Below, piece after piece: positions 47,347 through 56,548 of a stretch of 64,000 nt of DNA. Origin of the DNA: a virus. The notes below the pieces were generated by a model that saw only the letters and a list, made by a program, of their open reading frames with translations, ran no database searches and was not told the origin of the DNA. Made by a program: the position numbers and the translations under genes. Numbering within the stretch: position 1 is the stretch's first letter; the number at the start of each line of letters is the position of its first letter. The stretch spans positions 1 through 64,000 of the IMG/VR virus record IMGVR_UViG_3300021185_002167; one strand, given 5' to 3'.

Positions 47347-47529
47347 ATGAATATGTTAAATACAGCAAAAGCATGGTTAATGGACCGATGGGCAGAACGC
47401 ACATCTTGGGACGGTGGACTTATAGTCGGCCTATCATTATCCTACCTATTACTAGGTGGACTTGTTGACTTAGTAGCTTGGGTAGCCCTTGCTTACGGTG
47501 TTTACACTTTTATTGCAAAAGAAGTATAA
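47347..47529 (+). CDS. Small membrane protein
   Basis: AGGAG SD; two hydrophobic segments. Confidence 0.65.
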   Translation: MNMLNTAKAWLMDRWAERTSWDGGLIVGLSLSYLLLGGLVDLVAWVALAYGVYTFIAKEV

Positions 47530-47554
47530 TAACCTTTTATTATGACAATTCGTG

Positions 47555-47579
47555 GGGGAGTTTCGACTCCCCTTTTTTT
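47555..47579 (+). terminator. Rho-independent terminator
   Basis: GGGGAGT-TTCG-ACTCCCC-TTTTTTT. Confidence 0.9.
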
Positions 47580-47583
47580 CACA

Positions 47584-47657
47584 AACAACACTTTCTCACA
47601 ATTATTTTCATTAATTTCACTCGAACCGTTTACAACTGCTCCCAACTGTGGTATAAT
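47584..47657 (+). promoter_or_regulatory. 37-bp repeat copy 3 plus early promoter
   Basis: Repeat 47584-47620 identical to copy 1; TTTACA 47629-17-TATAAT 47652. Confidence 0.85.
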
Positions 47658-47684
47658 ATAACTATATTCAGATAAGGAGCTAAT

Positions 47685-47879
47685 ATGACATACAAAGAAC
47701 AACCAATATCAATAACCGAAGAGGTTATTGCAATGAGCACCAGCGCAATTCTAAGAGAATTGGACGGTGGAATGAAACCAGGAATTTGCGAATCTTGGGA
47801 CGAAAGAGTCGGAATGACAGATAGAGATTGGGCTATCGAAAAATTAATAGCTAAAAGACTAAAGGAGGCAGGAGTATGA
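47685..47879 (+). CDS. Early hypothetical protein
   Basis: AAGGAG SD. Confidence 0.65.
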   Translation: MTYKEQPISITEEVIAMSTSAILRELDGGMKPGICESWDERVGMTDRDWAIEKLIAKRLKEAGV

Positions 47880-48082
47880 AATTATCAATGAGACATATCG
47901 CAACAGATATACCAGTAGATGTTGAACTAGATCTAGTAGAACAGAGCTGGGCTAAGGATAAAAATCCAACAACGCTTAATTTATCATGGGACAAACTTTG
48001 TGATTCAGTTGCACGAAGAACTGGCCATGACATACAAGGCAATTTTGAAATTGAAACTATAGATGGGAGGGTATTTCACTAA
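47876..48082 (+). CDS. Early hypothetical protein
   Basis: ATGA overlap; SD. Confidence 0.6.
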   Translation: MKLSMRHIATDIPVDVELDLVEQSWAKDKNPTTLNLSWDKLCDSVARRTGHDIQGNFEIETIDGRVFH

Positions 48083-48378
48083 TGAAAAGATCAACAAGTT
48101 ACGTAATGACAGTACACACAGGAAGCGCAGGCGATATGCTTGAACTCCAAAGACTCAGAAAAACCATAAGCACCGTAAATTTACATGCTAAAGAAAATGA
48201 AAAGGTTGCTTATATGAATCCAAGAGGAGCTAAGTTTCCTAGATACTATGTTAAATGTCAAGCAAGAGGTCCAAGAGCTAAGTTTGCAAAAGCATTAGGA
48301 AGACATCCTAGAGCTTTCGACCAGTCACTACCTCTTAAATTTGCGGAGAAAATGGATGTCTATGTCTATCAAAGATAA
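48082..48378 (+). CDS. Early basic hypothetical protein
   Basis: TAATG coupling; GGAGG SD. Confidence 0.6.
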   Translation: MKRSTSYVMTVHTGSAGDMLELQRLRKTISTVNLHAKENEKVAYMNPRGAKFPRYYVKCQARGPRAKFAKALGRHPRAFDQSLPLKFAEKMDVYVYQR

Positions 48379-48517
48379 AGCTTATAAAATAACAGCTAAG
48401 AAAAACCACAAAGTTGTCGCAGAATACCTCTATGAATTAGAGGAATCTGCTGCAGCATTTGCTAGTAAAATGAAAGAAAAAGGATATCAAGTTTGGGTTG
48501 AAAGAGTAAACATATGA
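48362..48517 (+). CDS. Hypothetical protein (not in the ORF track)
   Basis: 51 aa, MSIKDKAYKITAKK...; fills the gap. Confidence 0.5.
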   Translation: MSIKDKAYKITAKKNHKVVAEYLYELEESAAAFASKMKEKGYQVWVERVNI

Positions 48518-48687
48518 TTGAATATATTATACTTGCATTCATCATCGCGATATCAGGCTATCAAGCATTTCAACATGGAATCCGTGAAGGAGCTGAAAGA
48601 ACTTTAAGAAAACTTTCTGAAGAAGGAATCATCTTTGTTAAAGCTGGCGGAAATATACTACCCAATAAATTCTATACTAAAGATTAA
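48514..48687 (+). CDS. Small N-terminally anchored membrane protein (not in the ORF track)
   Basis: 57 aa, MIEYIILAFIIAISG...; ATGA overlap. Confidence 0.55.
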   Translation: MIEYIILAFIIAISGYQAFQHGIREGAERTLRKLSEEGIIFVKAGGNILPNKFYTKD

Positions 48688-48724
48688 TCTTTTATAAATA
48701 GATTTAATACATAGGAAACTGTTT

Positions 48725-49846
48725 ATGAAATCTTTAAAAAATTATATTTACGAAGCTAATCTGCAAGGAAGCACGACTAAATTCTCAGGAGCTTTAGGCG
48801 CGTTTAAACAATATGTTGAACTTAATCCTAAAAATGTAGAATTTAAAGTAGATAAAACAACAGTTTTAAGTAGAATGGATGGTTCATCAACTGACATTAC
48901 TGTTAAAAAAGGTACAACCTTTAACATAATGGATAGAGAAACTAAGCTTATTAAAAAGGTTGGTAGATCTGATGCAGTTAGAATTCAACTTACTGATAGA
49001 AAATTCAAACAATATCACGGTCAAGATTTTCTTCTTCCATTAAATAAGATACTTAAACCAACAGGTAAACAAGTAGAAGCTTTAGAAGTCGATATATCTG
49101 ATAAGAAAAATCCAAGAGTATTTACACCATTTAAAACTGGTCATGGCCATGAAGGTCAATTCACAGAAGCATGGATTAAACATACAGGTGATAGATGGCA
49201 GTTTGAATATAAGGGTAAAGAATATAAAGTATTAGCGTTGAGAGCTCCACTTGGAACTTTTAAAGGTAATCCAAAAACAGATGTTACAGTATTATTAGAT
49301 AAAGCACCTCCTAAGATGCCATCAAAAAAACTAAAATATAGTTTAAAAGCAGCAAATGCTACATACTTTGAAAATTGGATGTTGCCTAAAAGATTTATGG
49401 AAATCTTTGGTAAGAAAAAAGGTTCTCAAATACTCAATGATGGATTAAAGGATTTAAATACAACTGGTAAAATTGGTGGTACAGCAACTAAAACAAATTC
49501 AATTGCTCCTTTTATTTCTAAAAAATGGAATATAGGAGATAGATTAAATCCATCTGAAATGATGGAAGTAATCTCAGGAGATATAAAATTTGATGAAGGT
49601 GAAGGAGCAGCAAATGCTTTCTTTGGTGGTGATATACCTACCGGAGCAAATGCTCTTGAAGTTATATTATCAAATACTAAATCATCAAGTGATATGTCTA
49701 AAATAATAAAAGCTGGAATATCTATGAGAGGCTCTACTAAAATTGGTAACTTCTCTTGTTATGTTCAAGCTGACGATGGCAAATGGTATATTAGCATAGG
49801 TTATGGTAATATGTTTGATGTCGATAAGGAATATAGACTAGTATGA
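48725..49846 (+). CDS. Putative PD-(D/E)XK nuclease with a capsid-targeting-like N-terminus
   Basis: MKSLKNYIYE; GHGHE...PKTDV...YSLK; late promoter at 48693-48700. Confidence 0.5.
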   Translation: MKSLKNYIYEANLQGSTTKFSGALGAFKQYVELNPKNVEFKVDKTTVLSRMDGSSTDITVKKGTTFNIMDRETKLIKKVGRSDAVRIQLTDRKFKQYHGQDFLLPLNKILKPTGKQVEALEVDISDKKNPRVFTPFKTGHGHEGQFTEAWIKHTGDRWQFEYKGKEYKVLALRAPLGTFKGNPKTDVTVLLDKAPPKMPSKKLKYSLKAANATYFENWMLPKRFMEIFGKKKGSQILNDGLKDLNTTGKIGGTATKTNSIAPFISKKWNIGDRLNPSEMMEVISGDIKFDEGEGAANAFFGGDIPTGANALEVILSNTKSSSDMSKIIKAGISMRGSTKIGNFSCYVQADDGKWYISIGYGNMFDVDKEYRLV

Positions 49847-51084
49847 AATCACTAAAAAACTACTTATCTGAAGCCGCAGGAAAGAATACTCATATGACAC
49901 ATATTGAGGATTTAATCTTGGACGGCGGAGTTAAGGGGGCTCGCCAAGCTATCCTGGCGCTAAGATCTATGAGGGATATGTTGAGCGGTAATGCAAAAGC
50001 ACCAATGGACATTACTGTAAAGTGGGACGGAGCCCCCGCCGTATTTGCTGGAGAAGACCCAAGAGATGGTCAATTTTTCGTAGCAAAAAAAGGTATATTT
50101 AATGCCGACCCTAAAGTATATAAGAGTCATGCCGATATTGACGCTGATACTTCAGGGGATTTATCTAAAAAACTAAAACTTGCATTCGACCATTTAAAAG
50201 GTCTTGGTATCAAAGGTGTAATCCAAGGCGACTTTATGTTTGATTCAAGTGATTTAAAAAAGGAGAAAATAAATGGAGTTGGACATATTACTTTCCATCC
50301 TAATACTATCCTCTATGCTGTACCTCTTAATACGCCATTAGCCAAAGAAATACAAAGAGCTAAGATTGGTATTATATGGCACACATCATATAGCGGTGGT
50401 TCATTTGAAAGAATGTCAGCATCATTTGGTAAAGACATAGTTTCTAAATTAAAGAAAACACCAGATGTATTCATGGATGATGCAACACTTAAAGATCTAA
50501 GTGGTACTGCAACGCTTACAAAAGCTGATTCATTATTACTCAGTAAAAAGTTATCTGATGCTGGTAAGATATTTCAAAAGATATCATCAACAACTTTAAA
50601 AGAGATAGAGTCAAACAAAGAACTCAATCTTATAATTAACATATATAATAATACTAAGGTAAGAAATGGTCAACGTATTACAGATACGAAGAAGCATGCA
50701 ACTGGTTTAATTATGTTTGTAAGTGATCGTTATCAAAAACAGATAGATAAAAGAAGTTCTGATAAAGGTAAACAAATACAAATAGATAAAAGAGATGAAT
50801 TACTATCTTTCTTTAGTAAGAGTAACTTAAAAAACTTACAAAATGTGTTTGATTTACACAATTTAGTTACAGATAGCAAATTAATTATTATAAATAAACT
50901 AAACAAACTAAGTAAAATTGGTACGTTTGTAAAAACTAAGTCCGGATTTAAAGTAACCAACCCCGAAGGTTTTGTTGCTATAGATCGTATGGAAGGTGGA
51001 GCTGTTAAGTTAGTAGATAGATTAGAATTTTCTACAAATAACTTTAGCAAAGATATTATTAAAGGCTGGGATAATCCAGGCTAA
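49843..51084 (+). CDS. Ligase-like nucleotidyltransferase (KxDG) protein
   Basis: HMTHIED, TVKWDGAP, IQGDFMF, PEGFV, VKLVDR. Confidence 0.65.
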   Translation: MKSLKNYLSEAAGKNTHMTHIEDLILDGGVKGARQAILALRSMRDMLSGNAKAPMDITVKWDGAPAVFAGEDPRDGQFFVAKKGIFNADPKVYKSHADIDADTSGDLSKKLKLAFDHLKGLGIKGVIQGDFMFDSSDLKKEKINGVGHITFHPNTILYAVPLNTPLAKEIQRAKIGIIWHTSYSGGSFERMSASFGKDIVSKLKKTPDVFMDDATLKDLSGTATLTKADSLLLSKKLSDAGKIFQKISSTTLKEIESNKELNLIINIYNNTKVRNGQRITDTKKHATGLIMFVSDRYQKQIDKRSSDKGKQIQIDKRDELLSFFSKSNLKNLQNVFDLHNLVTDSKLIIINKLNKLSKIGTFVKTKSGFKVTNPEGFVAIDRMEGGAVKLVDRLEFSTNNFSKDIIKGWDNPG

Positions 51085-51103
51085 ATGGGAACCGAGGATA
51101 TAA

Positions 51104-52471
51104 ATGTCGATAAAATCATTCAGTGATTATGTAACTGAAAATACAAAAGAAATAACATTCGTATTTGGGCGATTTAATCCGCCTACGATTGGTCATGAAA
51201 AGTTATTCGATATGTTAAAGAAACAATCACGTGGTGGTTCATATCGTATATACGCATCTAAATCTGTAGATGCTAAGAAAAATCCTCTAGAATTCAAAGA
51301 TAAAATAAAATTTTTACGTAAAATGTTTCCTAAGCATGCTCGTAATGTAATGGCTGATAAAGATATTCGTACAGTACTCGATGTAGCAGTAAAATTGTAT
51401 GACCAAGGCTTTACCAAAGTTACTATGGTCGCAGGTAGCGATCGTGTAAGAGAGTTTAATATACTCCTTAATAAGTACAATGGTAAAGACGCTAAACACG
51501 GCTTTTACAATTTCGAAGGTGCAATAAATGTAGTAAGCGCAGGAGAAAGAGACCCAGATGCAGAAGGTGCAACTGGAATGTCTGCTTCTAAAATGCGCAT
51601 GACCGCTCAACAAAACGATTTAGCTGGTTTCGCGAAAGGGTTACCAGCTGATATCGATTCAAAAGAATTGTTTAATGCCGTAAGAAAAGGCATGGGACTT
51701 AAAGAAGAGAATACATTTAGACAGCATGTAGATTTACCAGTTGTTTCTCAAACAAGAGAAGAATATGTAAGTGGTAATCTATTTGAAGTTGGAGATACCG
51801 TTAATATAAAGGAATCATCAACAATAGGTCAAATAACAGTTTGTGGTACTAATTACGTAATAGTAGAATCAGAACTTGGTAGTAAAAGATATTGGTTAGA
51901 TTCTATAGAACTTGTTGAATATAATGAAGTTGGAACTGACTCAACAACAAAGAAATATTTAAATGATACTCCATTTAGCAAAGATATTAAATTAGCTTCT
52001 CATTGTAAAGAAGCAGAAGATACTCAAATAGGTAATAGAAAAGGTTCACAACCAGCTAAGTACTTTACAGGTCTTTCTAAATCTACTAAACTTAAGAGAG
52101 ATGCTCATTTTAAAAAGAAATCAACAAAGCCAGCACCAGGTGATGCAACAGCAAAGACTAAGCCATCATCTCATACAAAGAAATATAAACAAATGTATGG
52201 TGAGTGGAATGAACATTTAACGTTCGAAGATTACGTAATAGAAGCAAAGGGCGCTGACGCAGCATTAAAGAAAAAAGCTGATAAGTCAGGTATGCCATTA
52301 GCTATATTAAAGAAAGTTTTTCAAAGAGGAGTAGCAGCTTGGAAGACAGGTCATAGGCCTGGAACAAATGCCGTACAATGGGGATTGGCCAGAGTCAATT
52401 CATTCGTAACAAAATCCAGTGGAACCTGGGGTAAAGCAGATAAAGATTTAGCTGCAAAAGTAAGAGGATAA
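51104..52471 (+). CDS. Cytidylyltransferase/NMNAT-like (HIGH) protein with extra C-terminal domains
   Basis: FGRFNPPTIGH, VAGSDR, MSASKMR; C-terminal RGVAAW.TGHRPG...WGLARVNSF. Confidence 0.8.
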   Translation: MSIKSFSDYVTENTKEITFVFGRFNPPTIGHEKLFDMLKKQSRGGSYRIYASKSVDAKKNPLEFKDKIKFLRKMFPKHARNVMADKDIRTVLDVAVKLYDQGFTKVTMVAGSDRVREFNILLNKYNGKDAKHGFYNFEGAINVVSAGERDPDAEGATGMSASKMRMTAQQNDLAGFAKGLPADIDSKELFNAVRKGMGLKEENTFRQHVDLPVVSQTREEYVSGNLFEVGDTVNIKESSTIGQITVCGTNYVIVESELGSKRYWLDSIELVEYNEVGTDSTTKKYLNDTPFSKDIKLASHCKEAEDTQIGNRKGSQPAKYFTGLSKSTKLKRDAHFKKKSTKPAPGDATAKTKPSSHTKKYKQMYGEWNEHLTFEDYVIEAKGADAALKKKADKSGMPLAILKKVFQRGVAAWKTGHRPGTNAVQWGLARVNSFVTKSSGTWGKADKDLAAKVRG

Positions 52472-52477
52472 AAAAAA

Positions 52478-52720
52478 ATGAAAACGTTTTTTCAATTAAG
52501 AGAAGCAAGAGTTAAAAAGCTCACATTAGACTTTGATATGGGAGACCCAAGAAAACATTCATCTGATTGGCAGGAAGAGGATGTTTATATAGTCAACTGG
52601 AACAAGAGTAAAATGGAAGTAACTGTTGAAGGAGAACCAAAAGCTTTAGAACAATGGTTAGTAGGAACTTATGGGTATGATAAAAAAGAAGCTAAAGACG
52701 CTATGAGGACAGCAAAATGA
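52478..52720 (+). CDS. Putative internal head protein
   Basis: MKTFFQLRE N-terminus. Confidence 0.55.
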   Translation: MKTFFQLREARVKKLTLDFDMGDPRKHSSDWQEEDVYIVNWNKSKMEVTVEGEPKALEQWLVGTYGYDKKEAKDAMRTAK

Positions 52721-54003
52721 AGTTTAAAGAATTAAGAGAAGACTATAAAAAAGTCATAAAGATGTTTAGAGATAACGATTGGAAAAAAATCGTAACAAAG
52801 CATAGAAAAGCTATCGATGATTTTAGGAGCGGAAAGAGCGATTTACCTAAAAAGGTAGAAGATGATTTACTTGTATGGGCTATGAATAACAATGAAGCAC
52901 CTACTAAAGATCAAGCAGATGACTTTATACTAAGAATACTTGATGAAAATTATTTAAATGAATCAGTAGAAGAAATAACATCAGTTTTAGAAAAGGCATA
53001 TGACCAAAACGATGTAAAGAAAGTTCAACAACTTGAAAAGAAATTACAGGGTATGCTTAAAGAAGTAGAAAAAACTATGAAAGGTTCAGGTTTATCTGCT
53101 CCAGCATTCAATAATGTTCGTAGTGGTATTGTAAAAGGTCTTGACTCTATAAAGAAATTCTATAAAGTTGCAAACAATAGTAAAGCAGAGAGCATCGATG
53201 AAAAATATAAGAGCAAATATCCTTCATCTCTTGTAGCAGCTGCAGTTAAGATTGCAATTGATATGGGTGGTAATATGACAGGAGCTTATAAGAAAATCGA
53301 AAAAATGAAAAAAGGTTTAGCTGATGATTCTATGGTCAAAGATGCTTTAAGACAAGCAAATGAATCTGTTAACTTAGAAGTAACAGAAGGTAAAGATGAA
53401 AACGAAGTATCTCAAGCTATTAAGCTTGCAGCTCAAGCTGAATCTGGCAGAGACAAGAAAGACTATTTAGAAATTTCTAAATTGATTAAAGGTAGTAAGT
53501 ATGAAGCTGCAAGAGCTTATATTGCTAAACTAGATACTGTTGTACTAGAAGATCTTGTTGATATCATTATGCAATATGATAAAGTATTTAAAAAGATGTA
53601 CCCTAAAGTAAGACCTGGTAGTTTCATGGCAAGATTTGCAAGAGAAGATGTTAATGAAGCAATGTCAGATAAAGATAAAAAGAAAAGACTTGCTTTAATT
53701 AAAAAGGCTGTAGAGAAAATCAATAAGAAAAATGCTGATATGGCTAAGAAAGATGCATTAAAAATGATGAAAGATTCAGGTATGTTTGATGAATCAGTTA
53801 ATGAAGGTGTATACACAAAGAATGATGGTGGCGCTTTCGATGGTTTAAGAATAGCTAAATGGCTTGCTCATGAAGATGGCAAATCTTGGAGAAAGCTTGG
53901 CTATGGAGATACCGAAGGATATCTACAAGACGCAGCAGCTTTACTTAAAAAAGATAAATCAAAAGCAAAAGATATATTATCTCAGCCAACACCAAGGGAT
54001 TAA
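52717..54003 (+). CDS. Putative modular internal head protein
   Basis: MKFKELRE; repeated ESVxE/ESIDE linkers. Confidence 0.55.
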   Translation: MKFKELREDYKKVIKMFRDNDWKKIVTKHRKAIDDFRSGKSDLPKKVEDDLLVWAMNNNEAPTKDQADDFILRILDENYLNESVEEITSVLEKAYDQNDVKKVQQLEKKLQGMLKEVEKTMKGSGLSAPAFNNVRSGIVKGLDSIKKFYKVANNSKAESIDEKYKSKYPSSLVAAAVKIAIDMGGNMTGAYKKIEKMKKGLADDSMVKDALRQANESVNLEVTEGKDENEVSQAIKLAAQAESGRDKKDYLEISKLIKGSKYEAARAYIAKLDTVVLEDLVDIIMQYDKVFKKMYPKVRPGSFMARFAREDVNEAMSDKDKKKRLALIKKAVEKINKKNADMAKKDALKMMKDSGMFDESVNEGVYTKNDGGAFDGLRIAKWLAHEDGKSWRKLGYGDTEGYLQDAAALLKKDKSKAKDILSQPTPRD

Positions 54004-54005
54004 TA

Positions 54006-54548
54006 ATGAAATATAGAACATTAACAGAATCATATAAACAAATTGTAATAGGTGAAGATGGCCATGAACAATCTGCAAATGTTAAGAATCAATTAACAGG
54101 TTTAAAAAGAAATGCAGAACAATTATTGGCTCAAGTAAAACCTGATTCAGAGTATCCATCATGGTGGGTAAACAAATTGGTAAAGGCTAATGATTACCTT
54201 GATACCGCAAAGGACTTTTTACAGAATAAAGTTGACCAAGGACGGGTAGAAAATAAGGAAGAGGACACGAGAGACGAAATTATTGAAAGAATAAACTTTC
54301 ATAGTAAAAGTCCTGCTGAGAAAAAAGGCTCAGATTTCGATAGAAAATTAGAAATCAATGGTTATAAAAAGATCTTAAAGGCTATTGAGAAGATTAACAA
54401 AGACCACGAGAAGTTTCAATATAACAATCGTGCAGATGGCCCATCTAATATATTTAAAGGTCTACAACAGGTTGAAAGAACATGTTATGACATGATGCGA
54501 GAAATTGAACAAGGTAAATGGGATGGTAAAGTGGACTTAGAAGATTAA
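54006..54548 (+). CDS. Putative internal head protein
   Basis: MKYRTLTE; WWVNKLVKANDYL motif. Confidence 0.55.
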   Translation: MKYRTLTESYKQIVIGEDGHEQSANVKNQLTGLKRNAEQLLAQVKPDSEYPSWWVNKLVKANDYLDTAKDFLQNKVDQGRVENKEEDTRDEIIERINFHSKSPAEKKGSDFDRKLEINGYKKILKAIEKINKDHEKFQYNNRADGPSNIFKGLQQVERTCYDMMREIEQGKWDGKVDLED

Positions 54549-54549
54549 T

Positions 54550-54798
54550 ATGAAAACCTTTAAAGACATAAGAGAATCTAATATTGAAATAGACGAAGCT
54601 CCGTTAGTTGCTAATGATATGGATATATTAAACACTCTCTTTGCTAAGATTAAAGATGACATGTTTAAAAACAAAAGAAAAAAACAAAGCGAAAAGAACT
54701 GGCCTAACATGCAAATTCTATCAAAAATGGCAGGTTATGGTTTAACAAAAAAAGGGCAAGACAAGGATAGGTCATTTAGATACGACCTAAAGAAGTAA
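54550..54798 (+). CDS. Putative internal head protein
   Basis: MKTFKDIRE. Confidence 0.55.
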   Translation: MKTFKDIRESNIEIDEAPLVANDMDILNTLFAKIKDDMFKNKRKKQSEKNWPNMQILSKMAGYGLTKKGQDKDRSFRYDLKK

Positions 54799-54799
54799 T

Positions 54800-55255
54800 A
54801 TGGATTCATTTAAAGAACATTTAAACATTAATACAACTGTTAACGAAGAACAAATTAATGAAGAAATTGTAGGACTTATATGGACTATAGCTAAAGACTT
54901 ATTAACGATAAGTTGGAATATAAGTAAAATGAGTCTTGGTTATGCAGCTGGCGCAATAAGAGATAATGAAAAAGGTCCTGTATTAGATAGGATTAAAAAT
55001 GCATTTGATAAACAAGCAAGAGCTGAAAGGAAAGCTGAAAAGGTTGCTAAAAAAGCTAATAGACTTACTAAATATAAACAAGCTAGACAAAAATTGTTAA
55101 GTGCTCAAGATACTATTGCAAGAGAACAAAAGAAGATTAAAGCATTAGATAGAGCTGTTATAAGAAGAAACGCAGAACCTATTAATAAAATTAAAAAAGA
55201 TCTTGCTGATATGGCCAAAAAGCTTAAAGCAGCTGAGAAAAAACTACCAGTATGA
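54800..55255 (+). CDS. Putative internal head protein
   Basis: MDSFKEHL; basic coiled coil. Confidence 0.5.
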   Translation: MDSFKEHLNINTTVNEEQINEEIVGLIWTIAKDLLTISWNISKMSLGYAAGAIRDNEKGPVLDRIKNAFDKQARAERKAEKVAKKANRLTKYKQARQKLLSAQDTIAREQKKIKALDRAVIRRNAEPINKIKKDLADMAKKLKAAEKKLPV

Positions 55256-55608
55256 TTACCTTTGGAGACTATCTTATAGAAGGAGACGGCTTATGGGCTA
55301 ATATCCATAAGAAAAGAAAGTCTGGTAAGAAAATGAGAAAGCCTGGAAGTAAAGGCGCTCCAACAAAACAAGATTTTAAAAATGCTTCAGAAGGCGCTGG
55401 TAAGTATAAAGGCGAAACTTGGGAAGATGGTTATAAGAGAAGAGTCGTACCTACAACAGATTATAAGCATAAAGAAGATGGTTATAAATGGAGAATCAAA
55501 GGTAAAGAAAAAGACAATATATCTCTAAAGCTATATAAGACTAAACCTGATTTTGCTGAATATAAGAAACAGATGAAAAGAGTTGCGGGGCATGAATTCG
55601 GTGGATAA
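55252..55608 (+). CDS. Putative internal head protein
   Basis: MITFGDYLIE; GLWANIH.KR...MRKPGSKGAPT. Confidence 0.55.
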   Translation: MITFGDYLIEGDGLWANIHKKRKSGKKMRKPGSKGAPTKQDFKNASEGAGKYKGETWEDGYKRRVVPTTDYKHKEDGYKWRIKGKEKDNISLKLYKTKPDFAEYKKQMKRVAGHEFGG

Positions 55609-55963
55609 TTTTAAAGAACATATTGAAAAGAGTTTTGGTCTATATGAAGGAGTAACTGTTCCTTTAGAGATGCCAATGATTGAAGGACCAGAATTAAACA
55701 AACCTAAAAGGTCTTCAGGTCCAAGCAAATATGTTGTATACGTAAAGAATCCAAAAACGGGTAATGTAAAGAAGATTAACTTTGGTGACGCAAAAGGCGG
55801 ACTTACATCAAAGATAAATGATCGCGACGCTGCTCGTAACTTTGCTTCAAGACACAATTGTGATATGAAGAAAGATAAAATGAAAGCTGGTTATTGGGCA
55901 TGTAGGTTACCTAAGTATGCTAAAGAACTTGGCTTAAAAGGTGGAGGTAGTTACTTTTGGTAG
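55601..55963 (+). CDS. Basic hypothetical protein
   Basis: Probable GTG start (MDNFKEHIE); KYVVYVKNPKTGNVKKINFG, FASRHNC, AGYWAC. Confidence 0.65.
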   Translation: MDNFKEHIEKSFGLYEGVTVPLEMPMIEGPELNKPKRSSGPSKYVVYVKNPKTGNVKKINFGDAKGGLTSKINDRDAARNFASRHNCDMKKDKMKAGYWACRLPKYAKELGLKGGGSYFW

Positions 55964-56232
55964 ACCTTCCTTTTTTAGATGAATATACCTTAGATGGTAT
56001 AGTACGAGAATTCTTTGTCGATCGAGATGACGAAGAATACGTTTGGCATCGTGATAATGAACATCGTGAAATTGAAATACTCGAAGGTGAAGGTTGGTGT
56101 ATACAGTTTGATAACTGTTTACCATTTTTGTTACAACCAGGGATGATATTCGATATACCGAAGGGTGAATATCATAGAGTATTAAAAGGTGTTAACACCC
56201 TAAAATGTAGGATAATATCTAAAGATGGATAA
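55957..56232 (+). CDS. Cupin-fold protein
   Basis: WHRD.E.R.I.ILEG, IPKGEYHRV. Confidence 0.7.
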   Translation: MVDLPFLDEYTLDGIVREFFVDRDDEEYVWHRDNEHREIEILEGEGWCIQFDNCLPFLLQPGMIFDIPKGEYHRVLKGVNTLKCRIISKDG

Positions 56233-56536
56233 AGAAATGCAACAAGTATATACTGTTCAGTCTCAAAGGTTGGATAGAATCGAAGAGAAATTGGACCAAA
56301 TGGCTCAAGCGATAATAGCGCTTGCAAGAGCTGAAGAGAAAATTTCAACACTTGCGGAATTTAATAAGCAACAGGCTACTCAAGTTCAGTCGCTTATAAA
56401 TAGAATAGACAGAGTAGAGCAATTAGTGAATAGCAATGCAAGCACTGTCAATATTATAAACAGAATATTCTGGGTTATATTAGCTGGTTTAATATCAGCA
56501 GTAACTTGGGAATACATAGTTCATTTAAGTAATTAA
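56225..56536 (+). CDS. Coiled-coil protein with a C-terminal TM helix (holin/XhlA-like candidate)
   Basis: RLDRIEEKLD coiled coil; IFWVILAGLISAV. Confidence 0.55.
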   Translation: MDKEMQQVYTVQSQRLDRIEEKLDQMAQAIIALARAEEKISTLAEFNKQQATQVQSLINRIDRVEQLVNSNASTVNIINRIFWVILAGLISAVTWEYIVHLSN

Positions 56537-56548
56537 CGGAGAAAAAAA

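Noticed and set aside
23951-47620. 37-bp repeats as a CRISPR array or mobile-element ends
   Set aside because: Dispersed kilobases apart, each fixed to a promoter; no spacers, cas genes or transposase
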